From NCBI GenBank assembly GCA_037190965.1, contig JBBCKI010000018.1, positions 14,283 through 78,282 of the forward strand: a stretch of DNA of 64,000 bases, read 5' to 3'. This document shows, one piece after another, positions 10,727 through 19,820 of the stretch. The position numbers were made by a program, and so were the translations under genes. Under the pieces are notes generated by a model. The model did not search any database, was not told the DNA's origin, and saw only the letters and a list, made by a program, of their open reading frames with translations. The stretch's first letter is position 1; every line of letters begins with the position of its first letter. The stretch is from Chthoniobacteraceae bacterium (GTDB taxonomy: Bacteria; Verrucomicrobiota; Verrucomicrobiia; Chthoniobacterales; Chthoniobacteraceae).

Positions 10727-10810
10727 ACCTGGGTTCGAGCAGAACCTGAATTCAGATTTCCGATTTCAGATCGGAGCAACTTTCGTCCCGGGGTGGTTTT
10801 GCATTGAGGT

Positions 10811-11581
10811 ATGAAATTCCGATACCTCGCTACTTTGTCCCTCGTGGCGGCCGCGCTTTCCGGCTCCGCGATTCACACCTTCGCAGCCCCTCCCGAACCC
10901 GGTGATTCCGAGGGAAAACCGCCGCGTGCGGGGTTTGAAAGACCCAATGATGGCGTTTCCCCCGAGGATCGGGAGAAGCTAAGGGCCGCCATGCAGAAAG
11001 CGCAGAGCGATCCTGCCGTTGCTGCTGCTTCTCAAGATCAGAGGGCCGCCAGTCAAGCCTATCGGGAGGCTCTGAAAAGCTCAATCCTAGCCAAGGATCC
11101 CTCGATGGCCTCTCTCCTTGAAAAAACCGGGAGACCTCCAGGACCTCGTTCCGCACCCCCTGCGCCTTCTGAGGGGGCTGAATCGTCGACTCCTCCTGCT
11201 CCTGAAGGCGGACGTCGGGGCGGCAGGGGCCCGGGCGGGGAAGGTGGCCGGGGTGGGGGAGGTCCTCGCCTCTCACCTGAAGAACGTGAAAAATTGAAAG
11301 CCGCCACCGAGGAGGCCGAGAAGACTCCGGAAGTTCAGGCAGCCGCCGCAAAGAGGGACGCCGCAAACAAGGCGCACCGCGATGCCCTCAAGGCGGCGAT
11401 TCTCAAGGAAAACCCGACCATGGAAGCTGCGGTGGACAAAATGCTGGAGAGAATGAAAGATCGCGGAAATCGGATGATGGATAGGGGTCAACGGGGGCTC
11501 CGTCGAAATGGCCCCCCCGGAGCTCCGCCTTCAGTTCCGCCCGTAGCGCCACCGGTTGAAGAAGCCGAGCCCCAGCAATAA
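10811..11581 (+). CDS. Secreted low-complexity helical protein with two internal repeats (Spy/CpxP-like character)
   Basis: Signal peptide and two copies of SPE(D/E)REKL(R/K)AA...(Y/H)R(E/D)ALK..IL..(D/N)P(S/T)M separated by a Gly/Pro-rich linker. Confidence 0.6.
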   Translation: MKFRYLATLSLVAAALSGSAIHTFAAPPEPGDSEGKPPRAGFERPNDGVSPEDREKLRAAMQKAQSDPAVAAASQDQRAASQAYREALKSSILAKDPSMASLLEKTGRPPGPRSAPPAPSEGAESSTPPAPEGGRRGGRGPGGEGGRGGGGPRLSPEEREKLKAATEEAEKTPEVQAAAAKRDAANKAHRDALKAAILKENPTMEAAVDKMLERMKDRGNRMMDRGQRGLRRNGPPGAPPSVPPVAPPVEEAEPQQ

Positions 11582-11597
11582 GGCTTTGAAAGGGGGG

Positions 11598-11623
11598 GGC
11601 GGCGTCGCGGAGTTCCGCCCTCC
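11598..11623. repeat. REP-like element, family 2 (GGCGGCGTCGCGGAG[C/T]TCCGCCCTCC)
   Basis: Near-identical copies at 24204-24229, 24297-24320 (inverted) and 32640-32665. Confidence 0.7.
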
Positions 11624-11737
11624 GCCCTCCGGCGACCGCGCGACTAGCTCGCGCGGAACGTGAGTCAAAATTTCATCGGCGCGGCGGTGCCTCTTTCGGG
11701 GGGAGGCGTTCCGCGCTTTGGATTTCAGATTAAAATG

Positions 11738-11781
11738 AAAAGGGCGCTGCCGCATTCAATGTGGCAGCGCCCGAATTTTTT
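11738..11781. terminator. Bidirectional intrinsic terminator
   Basis: AAAA-GGGCGCTGCCGCAT...ATGTGGCAGCGCCC-gaaTTTTTT, located between convergent genes. Confidence 0.75.
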
Positions 11782-11811
11782 AGGATCGCTTGGATCCGAA
11801 TGAAGTGTTTC

Positions 11812-11991
11812 TTAGCAGACGCGCGCGCGAATTTTCCTGCCGTTGCTCTGGAACCGGACGCGCCCGGACTCGATAAGATCGGCCACGGCGGCTACGGTTT
11901 CACGATTGTTACGGCTGTAATTGCTCACGACCTGAATTAAATCTCCGAGGCTGAGGCTCGACCGTTCGGCTTTACGTGGGGTCTTTTTCAT
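11812..11991 (-). CDS. Small basic 59-aa protein, not in the ORF track
   Basis: Translated by hand: MKKTPRKAERSSLSLGDLIQVVSNYSRNNRETVAAVADLIESGRVRFQSNGRKIRARVC*. It fills the gap and is followed by a terminator. Confidence 0.65.
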   Translation of the reverse strand: MKKTPRKAERSSLSLGDLIQVVSNYSRNNRETVAAVADLIESGRVRFQSNGRKIRARVC

Positions 11992-12087
11992 AGCTGGGGT
12001 GGGTTGGGCAGGAATCCGATTCCTGCAAATGGTTACGTCTTGTTAGACCCCCCCGCTCCGAAAACGTTCACACAAAAACCTTCGAAT

Positions 12088-12540
12088 TTAAAAGAGGGGT
12101 ACTTTCACCACCACCTTCTTTACGGGCGAGGGGGTGTCGTCCACCGCAATGCACGGCATATGGACGTCCTGGGGGAGAAAAATGGCAAACTGGCCTGCGC
12201 TCAAACGGAAGAAATCGCCTCGCCCGGTGTGGAGGGAGTAATCGTTTTCTTCCGAATACTCTTGAGAAACGGCCGTTGTTGCCAATGGGGCAAAACCGAC
12301 GATTTCGACTCCCTCCACGACAAATTGAATATCGGCATGCTTGCGGTGGGATTCCCAAAGGCCTTTCGCCAGAGGCCGCGTGTCATATTCCTGACGCATG
12401 GCGAAGAGGCCGCCTTCGAGTTCATTGCGGCCCGTCTGGAGCGCCGCAAAATCGAGCTTCTTTAGAAACTCCAGGCCCAGGGAAAACCGGGAAGAGAGGG
12501 AGGTGTAGAAATCCGCGTTGCAGAGATGGTCAACGATCAT
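12088..12540 (-). CDS. YhcH/YjgK/YiaL (NanQ-like) family protein
   Basis: MIVDHL start, WESHRKHADIQF, FAIFLPQDVHMP and VKKVVVKV motifs. Start reassigned to the ATG at 12540. Confidence 0.88.
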   Translation of the reverse strand: MIVDHLCNADFYTSLSSRFSLGLEFLKKLDFAALQTGRNELEGGLFAMRQEYDTRPLAKGLWESHRKHADIQFVVEGVEIVGFAPLATTAVSQEYSEENDYSLHTGRGDFFRLSAGQFAIFLPQDVHMPCIAVDDTPSPVKKVVVKVPLF

Positions 12541-12586
12541 GGCGTATTGGAGAATTGCGCCGCGCGGTTTGAAAGCAAAAAATTGG

Positions 12587-13453
12587 CTAGGGTGCAGGGA
12601 GATTCGAGGACGGGTTGCGCAAGCGCCGGAATTGCCCCGGCGTGAGCCGCTTTTCGCGCAGAAAACGCCGATTGAAGTTCGCGAGATTTCCAAAGCCGCA
12701 GTCATAGGCGATCTCCGCGATGGAGAGGTCGGTTTCCTCCAGCAGTGAGCAAGCTGCGCGCACGCGGCAGAAGGTCCGATAATCGACGAAAGTCTTGCGT
12801 GTCATTTTCTTGAAGAACCGAGAAAACGCGCTTGGGGTAAGCCCCGCGATTTGGGCGGCATCCGCGAGAGGGAGATCGTCCCGAAAATTCAGGTCGATAT
12901 GCGCCATGACTCGCTCCAGGCGAGAGGCAATTTGATGCGAGCCTTTGTTCCAATATCCCTTGGAAGCGAGCGGCTCGCCGTCATGGCATGCGGCGAGATC
13001 CCCCAGGAGATTCGCCAGTTTGAGCCATGAGGGCAGGCCGTTTTCCTGAAGGAGCCGCCTCAGCCTGGTGCCGATACGCCGACCGGTCGACCCGGAGAAA
13101 GACACTCCCTGGCTGGCCCGGGCAAGAAGGCCGGAGATGGGTGCAAATTCTGGCAGCGCCAACAGTGCCTCCGGGAACATCCGAAACTGCGCGACCACCG
13201 CCGCGTTCGGGCAACTCCTGCCGCCGGAAGAAAACCAGGTGTGAGGGAGGTTCGGCCCAATGAGGACGAGATCGTCGGGCTCAAATGGGGCAGAATGATC
13301 GCCCACCAATCGCGTCCCGCGGCCTTCCCGAATCCAGGTCAACTCGATCTCGGGATGGAAATGCCAGCTCCAGGGATAAGGGGAACTGACTTCAAAGACC
13401 GCAAGCGACCGGTGTTGAAGCTCCGAACGTCCCGGTTCCAGAACAGGCTTCAT
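12587..13453 (-). CDS. AraC family regulator with N-terminal cupin domain
   Basis: WHFHPEIELTWI...GTRLVGD cupin and a C-terminal HTH (SIAEIAYDCGFGNLANFNRRF). Confidence 0.92.
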   Translation of the reverse strand: MKPVLEPGRSELQHRSLAVFEVSSPYPWSWHFHPEIELTWIREGRGTRLVGDHSAPFEPDDLVLIGPNLPHTWFSSGGRSCPNAAVVAQFRMFPEALLALPEFAPISGLLARASQGVSFSGSTGRRIGTRLRRLLQENGLPSWLKLANLLGDLAACHDGEPLASKGYWNKGSHQIASRLERVMAHIDLNFRDDLPLADAAQIAGLTPSAFSRFFKKMTRKTFVDYRTFCRVRAACSLLEETDLSIAEIAYDCGFGNLANFNRRFLREKRLTPGQFRRLRNPSSNLPAP

Positions 13454-13596
13454 ATCGGTAGAGAATAGCGTAATTGCAAGGAGAGCTCAAAGCGGCAATT
13501 GCGGACCACGGGTTTTATAAATGGCAAAATAAGATCGGTTTTGGCCCCGGAAAGCGGAGATGGGGACGGCAGGAGGCATTAGGATGCGCATGTTCC

Positions 13597-15021
13597 ATGA
13601 ATCTCTCCAACTATCCCTCCTATCAAGGATTGCCTCCGCTGGCCGGACTGGGCGATCTCAATCAAGCCGTCCAGCCGGGATTGGCGGTCGAAGAGTGCGT
13701 CAAACGTCTCAAGCGTTTTCACTACGCATTATGGCGGATCCACCAGATCTGCACGGCTCATATCACGGCGGAGCCGATTTATGAGCTCAAGATGGCGTTC
13801 AGTTTGCATGCCCATCTGGCGGCGGAGAATGATACTAATTTTCGCACGAGAATTGGCGAGATGCGCGAACCCCCGCTTGGGTTGCAGAAGATTCCGCACC
13901 CCGCGATCGCTGTCTTTTTCGATGAAATTCTGGGAACGCCCTCCACGAGCGAGCGGCTGCTGGGGCTTTATGAAAAGGCGCTTCCGGCCTTGTGCGAGGC
14001 TTTGCAACGCTATATCGCACAAACTCACCTCCTGGCCGATGCCCCTTCCATCCGGCTTTGTAGAATCGCCTTGATGGATTGTGAGCAAATCCGTGGCTAT
14101 GGGGAGCGGGCTATCGCCTGTCTGGTTACGAGCGAGGATCGCGAGCAGGCCGCCCAATGGCTGGCTTTGCTCGACGTCTGCCTGGCATCCGCGGGCGGGC
14201 TCGATGGCAGTGGCAATATTCTGGAGGGTCGGGAACCGATGCGGCACTATTCATGCAAGCCGTACCGGTTTGATGGCAGGCCACGGCGCGACGCCCGGTT
14301 TCCCGACCCCTACAACATGGGAGTCAACGCCGAAGCGTTTCTTTACGATGAGACAAAACCGGCCGGTCCAAAGGTGCTGATGATGTTTTACAAGCGGCTC
14401 AGGGAAATCGATGTGCCCGAGATGATGGCGAGCATCATTTCGGAAACGGATGGGAAGCCGTGGGGGTACTATCGCGATATGAGCCGTCAGCTTTGGGACG
14501 AGGCGCGTCACGCCATGATGGGGGAGGTCGGCTTTGCCAGCCTCGGGCTTGACTGGTCCAAGCTGGTGAGGGTGAACTTCACCTGGTCGATGGGGCTCAA
14601 TACGCAACTGAAGCCGAAGGAACGTCATGCGGTGCTCTATTTCATCGAGCAGGGGTTGATGCCGAAGACCGGGAAGCGTCACGAATGGGAGGTCAGCCGT
14701 GATGCCGGTTATCCCCTGGCGGTTACGTTTCAGGATTTCGATTGGGCTGACGAAGTGCTTCATGCCCGCGTGGGGCGGGATTGGTATGTTGCCGATATGC
14801 CGGGAGCCAGCGAGGCCATCGACTATGGCGACCGATGCTGGAGCAAGGTCCTTGCAGGGTGGAGGGAGTGGAAGGAGCATGGGTTGACCGAGCATGCCAA
14901 CTGGTGGCCGGGTTTGTATGCCGCCTGGTGCGAAGGCAGGGGCGTTATGCCCGACCCCGATGTGTTGGCCTACAACACGAGTTACGAAGAGAAGCGGGCC
15001 GATCTCAAGGAGATGGCCTAA
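13597..15021 (+). CDS. Ferritin-like di-iron protein (DUF455-like) with a degenerate N-terminal ferritin-like unit
   Basis: C-terminal E...DEARH...E...DEVLH carboxylate/His pattern. Likely start MNLSNYP at 13597. Confidence 0.65.
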   Translation: MNLSNYPSYQGLPPLAGLGDLNQAVQPGLAVEECVKRLKRFHYALWRIHQICTAHITAEPIYELKMAFSLHAHLAAENDTNFRTRIGEMREPPLGLQKIPHPAIAVFFDEILGTPSTSERLLGLYEKALPALCEALQRYIAQTHLLADAPSIRLCRIALMDCEQIRGYGERAIACLVTSEDREQAAQWLALLDVCLASAGGLDGSGNILEGREPMRHYSCKPYRFDGRPRRDARFPDPYNMGVNAEAFLYDETKPAGPKVLMMFYKRLREIDVPEMMASIISETDGKPWGYYRDMSRQLWDEARHAMMGEVGFASLGLDWSKLVRVNFTWSMGLNTQLKPKERHAVLYFIEQGLMPKTGKRHEWEVSRDAGYPLAVTFQDFDWADEVLHARVGRDWYVADMPGASEAIDYGDRCWSKVLAGWREWKEHGLTEHANWWPGLYAAWCEGRGVMPDPDVLAYNTSYEEKRADLKEMA

Positions 15022-15037
15022 GTCCGAACGAAAAAGG

Positions 15038-15080
15038 TCGCGGCGGCGAGGACTCCCCCAATCCCCGCCGCCACGATTTT
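15038..15080. terminator. Intrinsic terminator hairpin
   Basis: CGCGGCGGCGAGGA...TCCCCGCCGCCACG, flanked by an A-run on the left and a T-run on the right. Confidence 0.6.
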
Positions 15081-15284
15081 ACATCTCCAGAGGAATTCCG
15101 CCTTCTTGCCGGTTCGGGGATTGGACCATTTTGTGAGAGGCGATGAATTCCATTGATTACAACTAGATGTCGGGAATCGCCCCTCGGCTGGACGGGGGTG
15201 AGGCGGTGTTTCCGCATTTTTCTGAAAATTTCGTCTTTGGGTTAAACGCTTCACCGCGTCAGCCGGCGAGTTACCGATTTAGCG

Positions 15285-15338
15285 ACGGAGTCGATACCCG
15301 CGCTCGACGGCGCGAGCGGACTACCCGTGCTGCCGCAC
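15285..15338. repeat. Partial GTAG-type REP/REPIN, family 1
   Basis: GATACCCGCGCTCGACGGCGCGAGCGG.CTACC is shared with 41054-41086, and in reverse with 63865-63890. Confidence 0.75.
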
Positions 15339-15423
15339 GATTCAATGGAGGCGCCCGCTGTATCAATTGGGGGCGGTTCTTCGCCATTGACGCATTGGCT
15401 CACGGCGATAACATGATTCCGGC

Positions 15424-15603
15424 ATGGCTCTCCTCCGAAAACTCTTTTGGGTCGCGATTTTTTTGATCTCGACGCTAAGCTTCGTCGTTCTTTTCGAGCA
15501 CGGACCGGACAAGTTTACCGAAAATCTCGGTAAACAGGTGGAGGATTTTTATAAGTTCGCCGAAGAGTTATTGACCCCTCCAAAAACGGAGAAAGGTGCT
15601 TAG
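15424..15603 (+). CDS. Small 59-aa single-pass membrane protein, not in the ORF track
   Basis: MALLRKLFWVAIFLISTLSFVVLFEHGPDKFTENLGKQVEDFYKFAEELLTPPKTEKGA*: basic N-terminus, one TM helix and an amphipathic tail. Confidence 0.7.
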   Translation: MALLRKLFWVAIFLISTLSFVVLFEHGPDKFTENLGKQVEDFYKFAEELLTPPKTEKGA

Positions 15604-15756
15604 CCTGAGCTTTTTATGCCGGCGGCGGTGTTTCCGGGCATTCGGCACCGGGAATCCGTTGCAAACCTTCCGGGGCGGGTGTTATTTTTAAGGTCCCCCT
15701 TTGTAAGCCGACTATTGTAAGCCGATCATCCCCAGCATTCTTCTTCATTCCCCCAT

Positions 15757-17151
15757 ATGGCCATCAAGACAGAAAAAGAACTCTCCGCCAACGCCCGAGG
15801 CCTTTGGCTCAAAGCCATGACCGCCGTTGAGCTTCGCAACTACGGCTACGCTGTTTCACTTCTTCAGACGGTGTTGAAGGAAACCCCGGAATTTCTCGAG
15901 GGGCGCAAAGTTTTGAGAAAGGCCGAGATCGCCAATACCAAAGGCAAGAAGAGCATGTTCGGCGGTTTTTCCGCCCAGGGGTTGAAGGGAGCCCAGCTTT
16001 TGAAGAAAGATCCCGCCGCTGCGATGGAGTTGGCGGAAAAGATGCTGGAGACCGATCCTTACGGCGGCCCGGGTAATCACCTCCTCAAGGATGCCGCAAT
16101 TGCCTTGGGGCAAACTGAAACGGCCGTTTTCGCTCTGCAAACGCTCGCGGAGGGCGACCCAAAGGACACCAAGGCGCTCCACGAACTGGGGGAGCTTTTC
16201 TACAAGAACGGCGAGGCCGACAAAGCCGGCAGCGTCTACACCAAGATTCTCGAAATCACCCCAACCGATCTGATCGCCGTCAAGCGGGCGAAAGATTCCG
16301 CCGCCGCCAATACGATGAAATCCGGCGGTTGGGAGACGGCGAAGGATTATCGCGACCTGATCAAGAACAAGGAAGAGGCGATCTCCCTGGAGCAGAAAAA
16401 TCGCGTGGTCAAAAGCGACGAGATGATCGTCCAGCAGCTTGCGGAGTTGCATCAGCAGGCCGAGCGCGAACCGCAGAATGTCGATCTTGCCCGCCGCATC
16501 GCCGGGCTTTACGAACAGCAAGGGGATCTCGACAACGCCATCGCCTGGTATCAGTACGCCAGCGATCTTTCCAAAGGCACGGACAACTGGCTGCTCCGCA
16601 AGGTCTCCGATCTGGAACTCAAGCAGGTCGAGAACGGGATCAAGGAGCGCGAGGAGTGGCTCGCCGTCGCGGGCGATGAGCACGAGGAAAGCGCCCGTAT
16701 TCGTGGAGAGCTCGAGGCGATGAAGAATTCGAAGAACGAGAAGCTGATCGACGAAGCCCGCAAGCGTGTCGAGCGCAACCCCACCGATCTCCAGTTCCGC
16801 TTTGAACTCGGCGAGCAGTTGATGGGCGCGGGCGACTTTACCGCCGCGATTCCGGAGCTTCAAAAGGCTAGGAACAACCCGAACGTCCGCCTCAAGGCGA
16901 TGAACTTCCTCGGCCAGTGTTATGTGGGCAAAGGGATGATTGACCTTGCCGTGAAGACTTTCACCGACGCCGCCGCCGAGATCCTGGAGATGGATGCCAC
17001 CAAGAAGGACATCCTTTACAAACTCGGCCTTGCCTACGAGAAGCTGGAGCAGAAGGAGAAGGCGCTCGACTGCTTCAAACAGATTTACGAAGTCGACTAC
17101 GGCTATCTTGACGTCGCGCAGCGCGTGGAGAGCAGCTATGGGTCGAGTTAG
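15757..17151 (+). CDS. Tetratricopeptide repeat protein (cytoplasmic)
   Basis: Multiple TPR-like helices (LHELGELFYKNG, FELGEQLM, NFLGQCYV, YKLGLAYE) and strongly biased codon usage. Confidence 0.85.
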   Translation: MAIKTEKELSANARGLWLKAMTAVELRNYGYAVSLLQTVLKETPEFLEGRKVLRKAEIANTKGKKSMFGGFSAQGLKGAQLLKKDPAAAMELAEKMLETDPYGGPGNHLLKDAAIALGQTETAVFALQTLAEGDPKDTKALHELGELFYKNGEADKAGSVYTKILEITPTDLIAVKRAKDSAAANTMKSGGWETAKDYRDLIKNKEEAISLEQKNRVVKSDEMIVQQLAELHQQAEREPQNVDLARRIAGLYEQQGDLDNAIAWYQYASDLSKGTDNWLLRKVSDLELKQVENGIKEREEWLAVAGDEHEESARIRGELEAMKNSKNEKLIDEARKRVERNPTDLQFRFELGEQLMGAGDFTAAIPELQKARNNPNVRLKAMNFLGQCYVGKGMIDLAVKTFTDAAAEILEMDATKKDILYKLGLAYEKLEQKEKALDCFKQIYEVDYGYLDVAQRVESSYGSS

Positions 17152-17242
17152 ACCTAATTTTACAATCACCAAGGCTGGCTGACGGTTTTTGGGTGATGGA
17201 GCGGGCCGGCCGGAAAACAACCCCAACCTGTTTCATTCCCCC

Positions 17243-19147
17243 ATGATTCATCAGGAACCGAGCCCCGGATTGTTCGCCTCCCAAAAGCGGGAGGCTCCCT
17301 ATGTTATTGCCGCACTTGCGGTTGTGCTTCTCGCAGGAGCCGTCGGTCTTTACCCGGCGGCGAAGTTGGGCTGGGCCGGGGTGGCCTGCTTCGCTTTCCT
17401 GCTGACGGCGGGCGGTTTTCTCTTCGTCCTGGCGATCCTGATGATGAGGCGGCACCGGTTCTTGCAGACGTCACGGTTTCACGCTCTGGAAAACGACCGG
17501 CTCGCCTTGCAGGTGGAGGAGGCGCAGGTCAACTATCAGTCGATCTTCAACAACGCCGCGCAAGGGATCTTCCAAAGTACTCCTGAAGGGAGCTTCATTA
17601 CGGCCAATCCCGCCCTTGCCAAAATGTTCGGGATGGAGGATCCCGAAGAATTGATCAATGCCATGTCGGGTTGGCCTGCGCGGCATTTCCTTTCCGACCA
17701 GGTTCGCTGGGCGGAGATGGTCCAGTATCTCCTTTGGCAGGATAGCGTGGCGGAGTTCGAGGCTGAAGCCGTGCGCAAAGATGGGCGCACTCTCTGGATT
17801 TCGCAGAATGTCCACGCCGTCTGGGATGAGAATGACGAAATGCTTTATCTGGAAGGGACGATCTTCGACGTGACGGAACGCCATTGGGCGGAATGCCGTC
17901 GGGCGCTTCAGGTCTCCGCCACTCGCATTCTGGATGAGGCGGCTTCGGTTGCCGAGGCTCGCCCCCGGATTCTGGAAGCGATCTGCGAGCTTCTCGATTG
18001 GGAAGTTGGGGCGGTCTGGGAGGTGGCGATGACGGACAACGTCCTCCGGTGTGTCGAAATCTGGCACCGCCCCGGAATCGACATTGCTGAGTTTGAGGAC
18101 GCGTCGCTGGAGACCGGGTTCACGCCGGGAATGCGTCTGGCAGGCAAAGTCTGGCAGACCGGCGAGCCAGCCTGGGTGGTTAACTTTTCCGAACAGGAGT
18201 TTTCCGCGAATGCTCTCGTCGCGGCCCGTTATGGGATGAACTCCGCTTTCGGCATCCCGATCAAAGTCGGCGGTGAGGTGTTGCAGGTTCTGGAGTTTTT
18301 TAGCCCACGCGCGACCGAGCCCGATCCGGAACTGCTTCAGATGCTCGGCGTGGTGGCCAGCCAGATCGGACATTTGGTGGAGCGGAAGCTGGCCGAGGAG
18401 GCCCTGCGCGATACGGTGATCCGCAAGGAGGCCATTTTAGAGTCGGCTCTCGACGCGATGGTCACGTTCGACCACGAGGGAAAAATCGTCGAATGGAACC
18501 CGGCGGCGGAGCGGACATTCGGGCATCGCAAGGCCGACGTGCTGGGGAGTCGGCTGGTGGATTTGATTCTTCCCGAGTCCGCCCGTTGCGCCCTCGGTGG
18601 CGGCCTTCCTATTTACAACGCCGGGCTCTCCTTTGGGCGGCGTTCGGAGATCGTTGCGCTTCGGCAGGATGGGCAGGAGTTTCCAGCGGAAATTGCCATC
18701 GCCCGGGCGCAGCTTCAGGGCAAACCTCTTTATACCGCGTACGTGCGGGATCTCACGGAGTTGCGTCGCGCCGAGCGATGCCGCCACGAGCTGGCGGCGG
18801 TGCTCGAAGCGACCCACGATGCCGTCTTCAGCGCCACCCTTGATGGCGTCGTGCTTTCCTGGAATGCCGGGGCGGAGCGGCTCTTCGGGTACGCGGAGCG
18901 GGAGATGATCGGGCGTCCCGCCAGTCTTCTCATGCCGCCGGAGCGGCAGGAGGCGTTTTGCCGCGAGTTGGGAGAATTGCGCCAGGGCAAAATCGTGCGC
19001 GATCTCGAATGCGATTGCCTCGCGAAAAGCGGCGAGCGGATCGCGGTTTTATTGACAGAAGCGCCGATGCATTCAGGGCAGGGCGGGCTCAGCGGGCGGG
19101 GCGGTGCCACCGGGATGGTGGGCGTCGTGCGGCGGTCCATCACGTGA
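17243..19147 (+). CDS. Membrane-anchored PAS-GAF-PAS-PAS sensor lacking an output domain
   Basis: Two TM helices, PAS/PAC (DVTER), GAF (LAGKVWQTGEPAW, FGIPI..GEVL.VLEFF), PAS (WNPAAERTFG) and PAS (SWNAGAERLFGY). Stops at RRSIT*. Confidence 0.8.
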   Translation: MIHQEPSPGLFASQKREAPYVIAALAVVLLAGAVGLYPAAKLGWAGVACFAFLLTAGGFLFVLAILMMRRHRFLQTSRFHALENDRLALQVEEAQVNYQSIFNNAAQGIFQSTPEGSFITANPALAKMFGMEDPEELINAMSGWPARHFLSDQVRWAEMVQYLLWQDSVAEFEAEAVRKDGRTLWISQNVHAVWDENDEMLYLEGTIFDVTERHWAECRRALQVSATRILDEAASVAEARPRILEAICELLDWEVGAVWEVAMTDNVLRCVEIWHRPGIDIAEFEDASLETGFTPGMRLAGKVWQTGEPAWVVNFSEQEFSANALVAARYGMNSAFGIPIKVGGEVLQVLEFFSPRATEPDPELLQMLGVVASQIGHLVERKLAEEALRDTVIRKEAILESALDAMVTFDHEGKIVEWNPAAERTFGHRKADVLGSRLVDLILPESARCALGGGLPIYNAGLSFGRRSEIVALRQDGQEFPAEIAIARAQLQGKPLYTAYVRDLTELRRAERCRHELAAVLEATHDAVFSATLDGVVLSWNAGAERLFGYAEREMIGRPASLLMPPERQEAFCRELGELRQGKIVRDLECDCLAKSGERIAVLLTEAPMHSGQGGLSGRGGATGMVGVVRRSIT

Positions 19148-19214
19148 TAGAAAGACATCAAAATGACCCGCTTGCGGCATCGCTCGTTTTAATCAGCGGT
19201 TCCTCTAACGGAGG

Positions 19215-19487
19215 TCAGTTGCGTTTGAAGTCTGGTGAGCCAATGAATTTCTCGACAATCTCCTTCTCGGGAAAGAGGTCTTGAACCGGCGTGTGTAACA
19301 CTCTGGCGAGCATAAACAGTTCACAATCTGCAACCCACCGCAGTTGCGCTTCGATCTTCGCCAACGAAGTCCGGCTAACGTCCCAGCCCGCACGCTGCAA
19401 CTGAGTCGCCATGACCTCTTGGGTCATGCCCTTTTCGTGTCGAAGCCTTCTAACCTGAGGCCCAATTACATTTCGAATAGTTTTCAT
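19215..19487 (-). CDS. XRE-family helix-turn-helix regulator
   Basis: IGPQVRRLRHEKGMTQE...SRTSLAKIE...LARVL is an HTH_3 pattern. Confidence 0.88.
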   Translation of the reverse strand: MKTIRNVIGPQVRRLRHEKGMTQEVMATQLQRAGWDVSRTSLAKIEAQLRWVADCELFMLARVLHTPVQDLFPEKEIVEKFIGSPDFKRN

Positions 19488-19551
19488 GTTCCCGGACAGG
19501 AACTTGACACTACGGCACGACTTTGGTTTTCTTGTTCTTGATCAAGAACAA
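19487..19551. promoter_or_regulatory. Two TGTTC-N8-GAAC(A/T) operators around a TTGACA box (likely XRE autoregulation)
   Basis: TGTTC-ccggacag-GAACT at 19487-19504, perfect 20-bp palindrome TTGTTCTTGATCAAGAACAA at 19532-19551, and TTGACA at 19504-19509. Confidence 0.6.
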
Positions 19552-19631
19552 ATTTTAACCCGCGAATCTTCGGGTTTCAAACCTCACACAGGAGTCGAAC
19601 CATAAACTTAAGCCACGCGATGAGGGCCGTA

Positions 19632-19820
19632 GGTTCGCCTCCTCCATACGAAATAGCGCGTGGGGGAGTGCGAATCGGCCGTCTAAGGCCCAAGAGGAGC
19701 ACTGCGACCCTTTCTCGTAACTATTGAGTTCCATCCGCAATCGACTCATCGACTGCGCGCCATCCGAAGGCCCTGGGTTCGCTCCCTTCACGCTACTTCT
19801 TGCGTGGGGGGATGCGAACC
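19632..19820 (+). ncRNA. Putative structured RNA/regulatory region with two homologous 45-nt hairpins
   Basis: GGTTCGC...T-GCGAA(T/C)C hairpins at 19632-19676 and 19776-19820 have the same length and the same bulged T. G-U pairs favour the + strand. Confidence 0.35.

Noticed and set aside
10775..10810. Possible ECF-sigma promoter (GCAAC...GCATT) before the 256-aa secreted protein
   Set aside because: The match is too short to support without a motif model.
19532..19551. LexA/SOS box
   Set aside because: The spacer is 8 bp rather than the 4 bp of the reported Verrucomicrobia motif.
19588..19603. GGTTCGACTCC T-loop-like sequence on the minus strand (possible tRNA/tmRNA)
   Set aside because: No full T-stem, cloverleaf or CCA end could be built.
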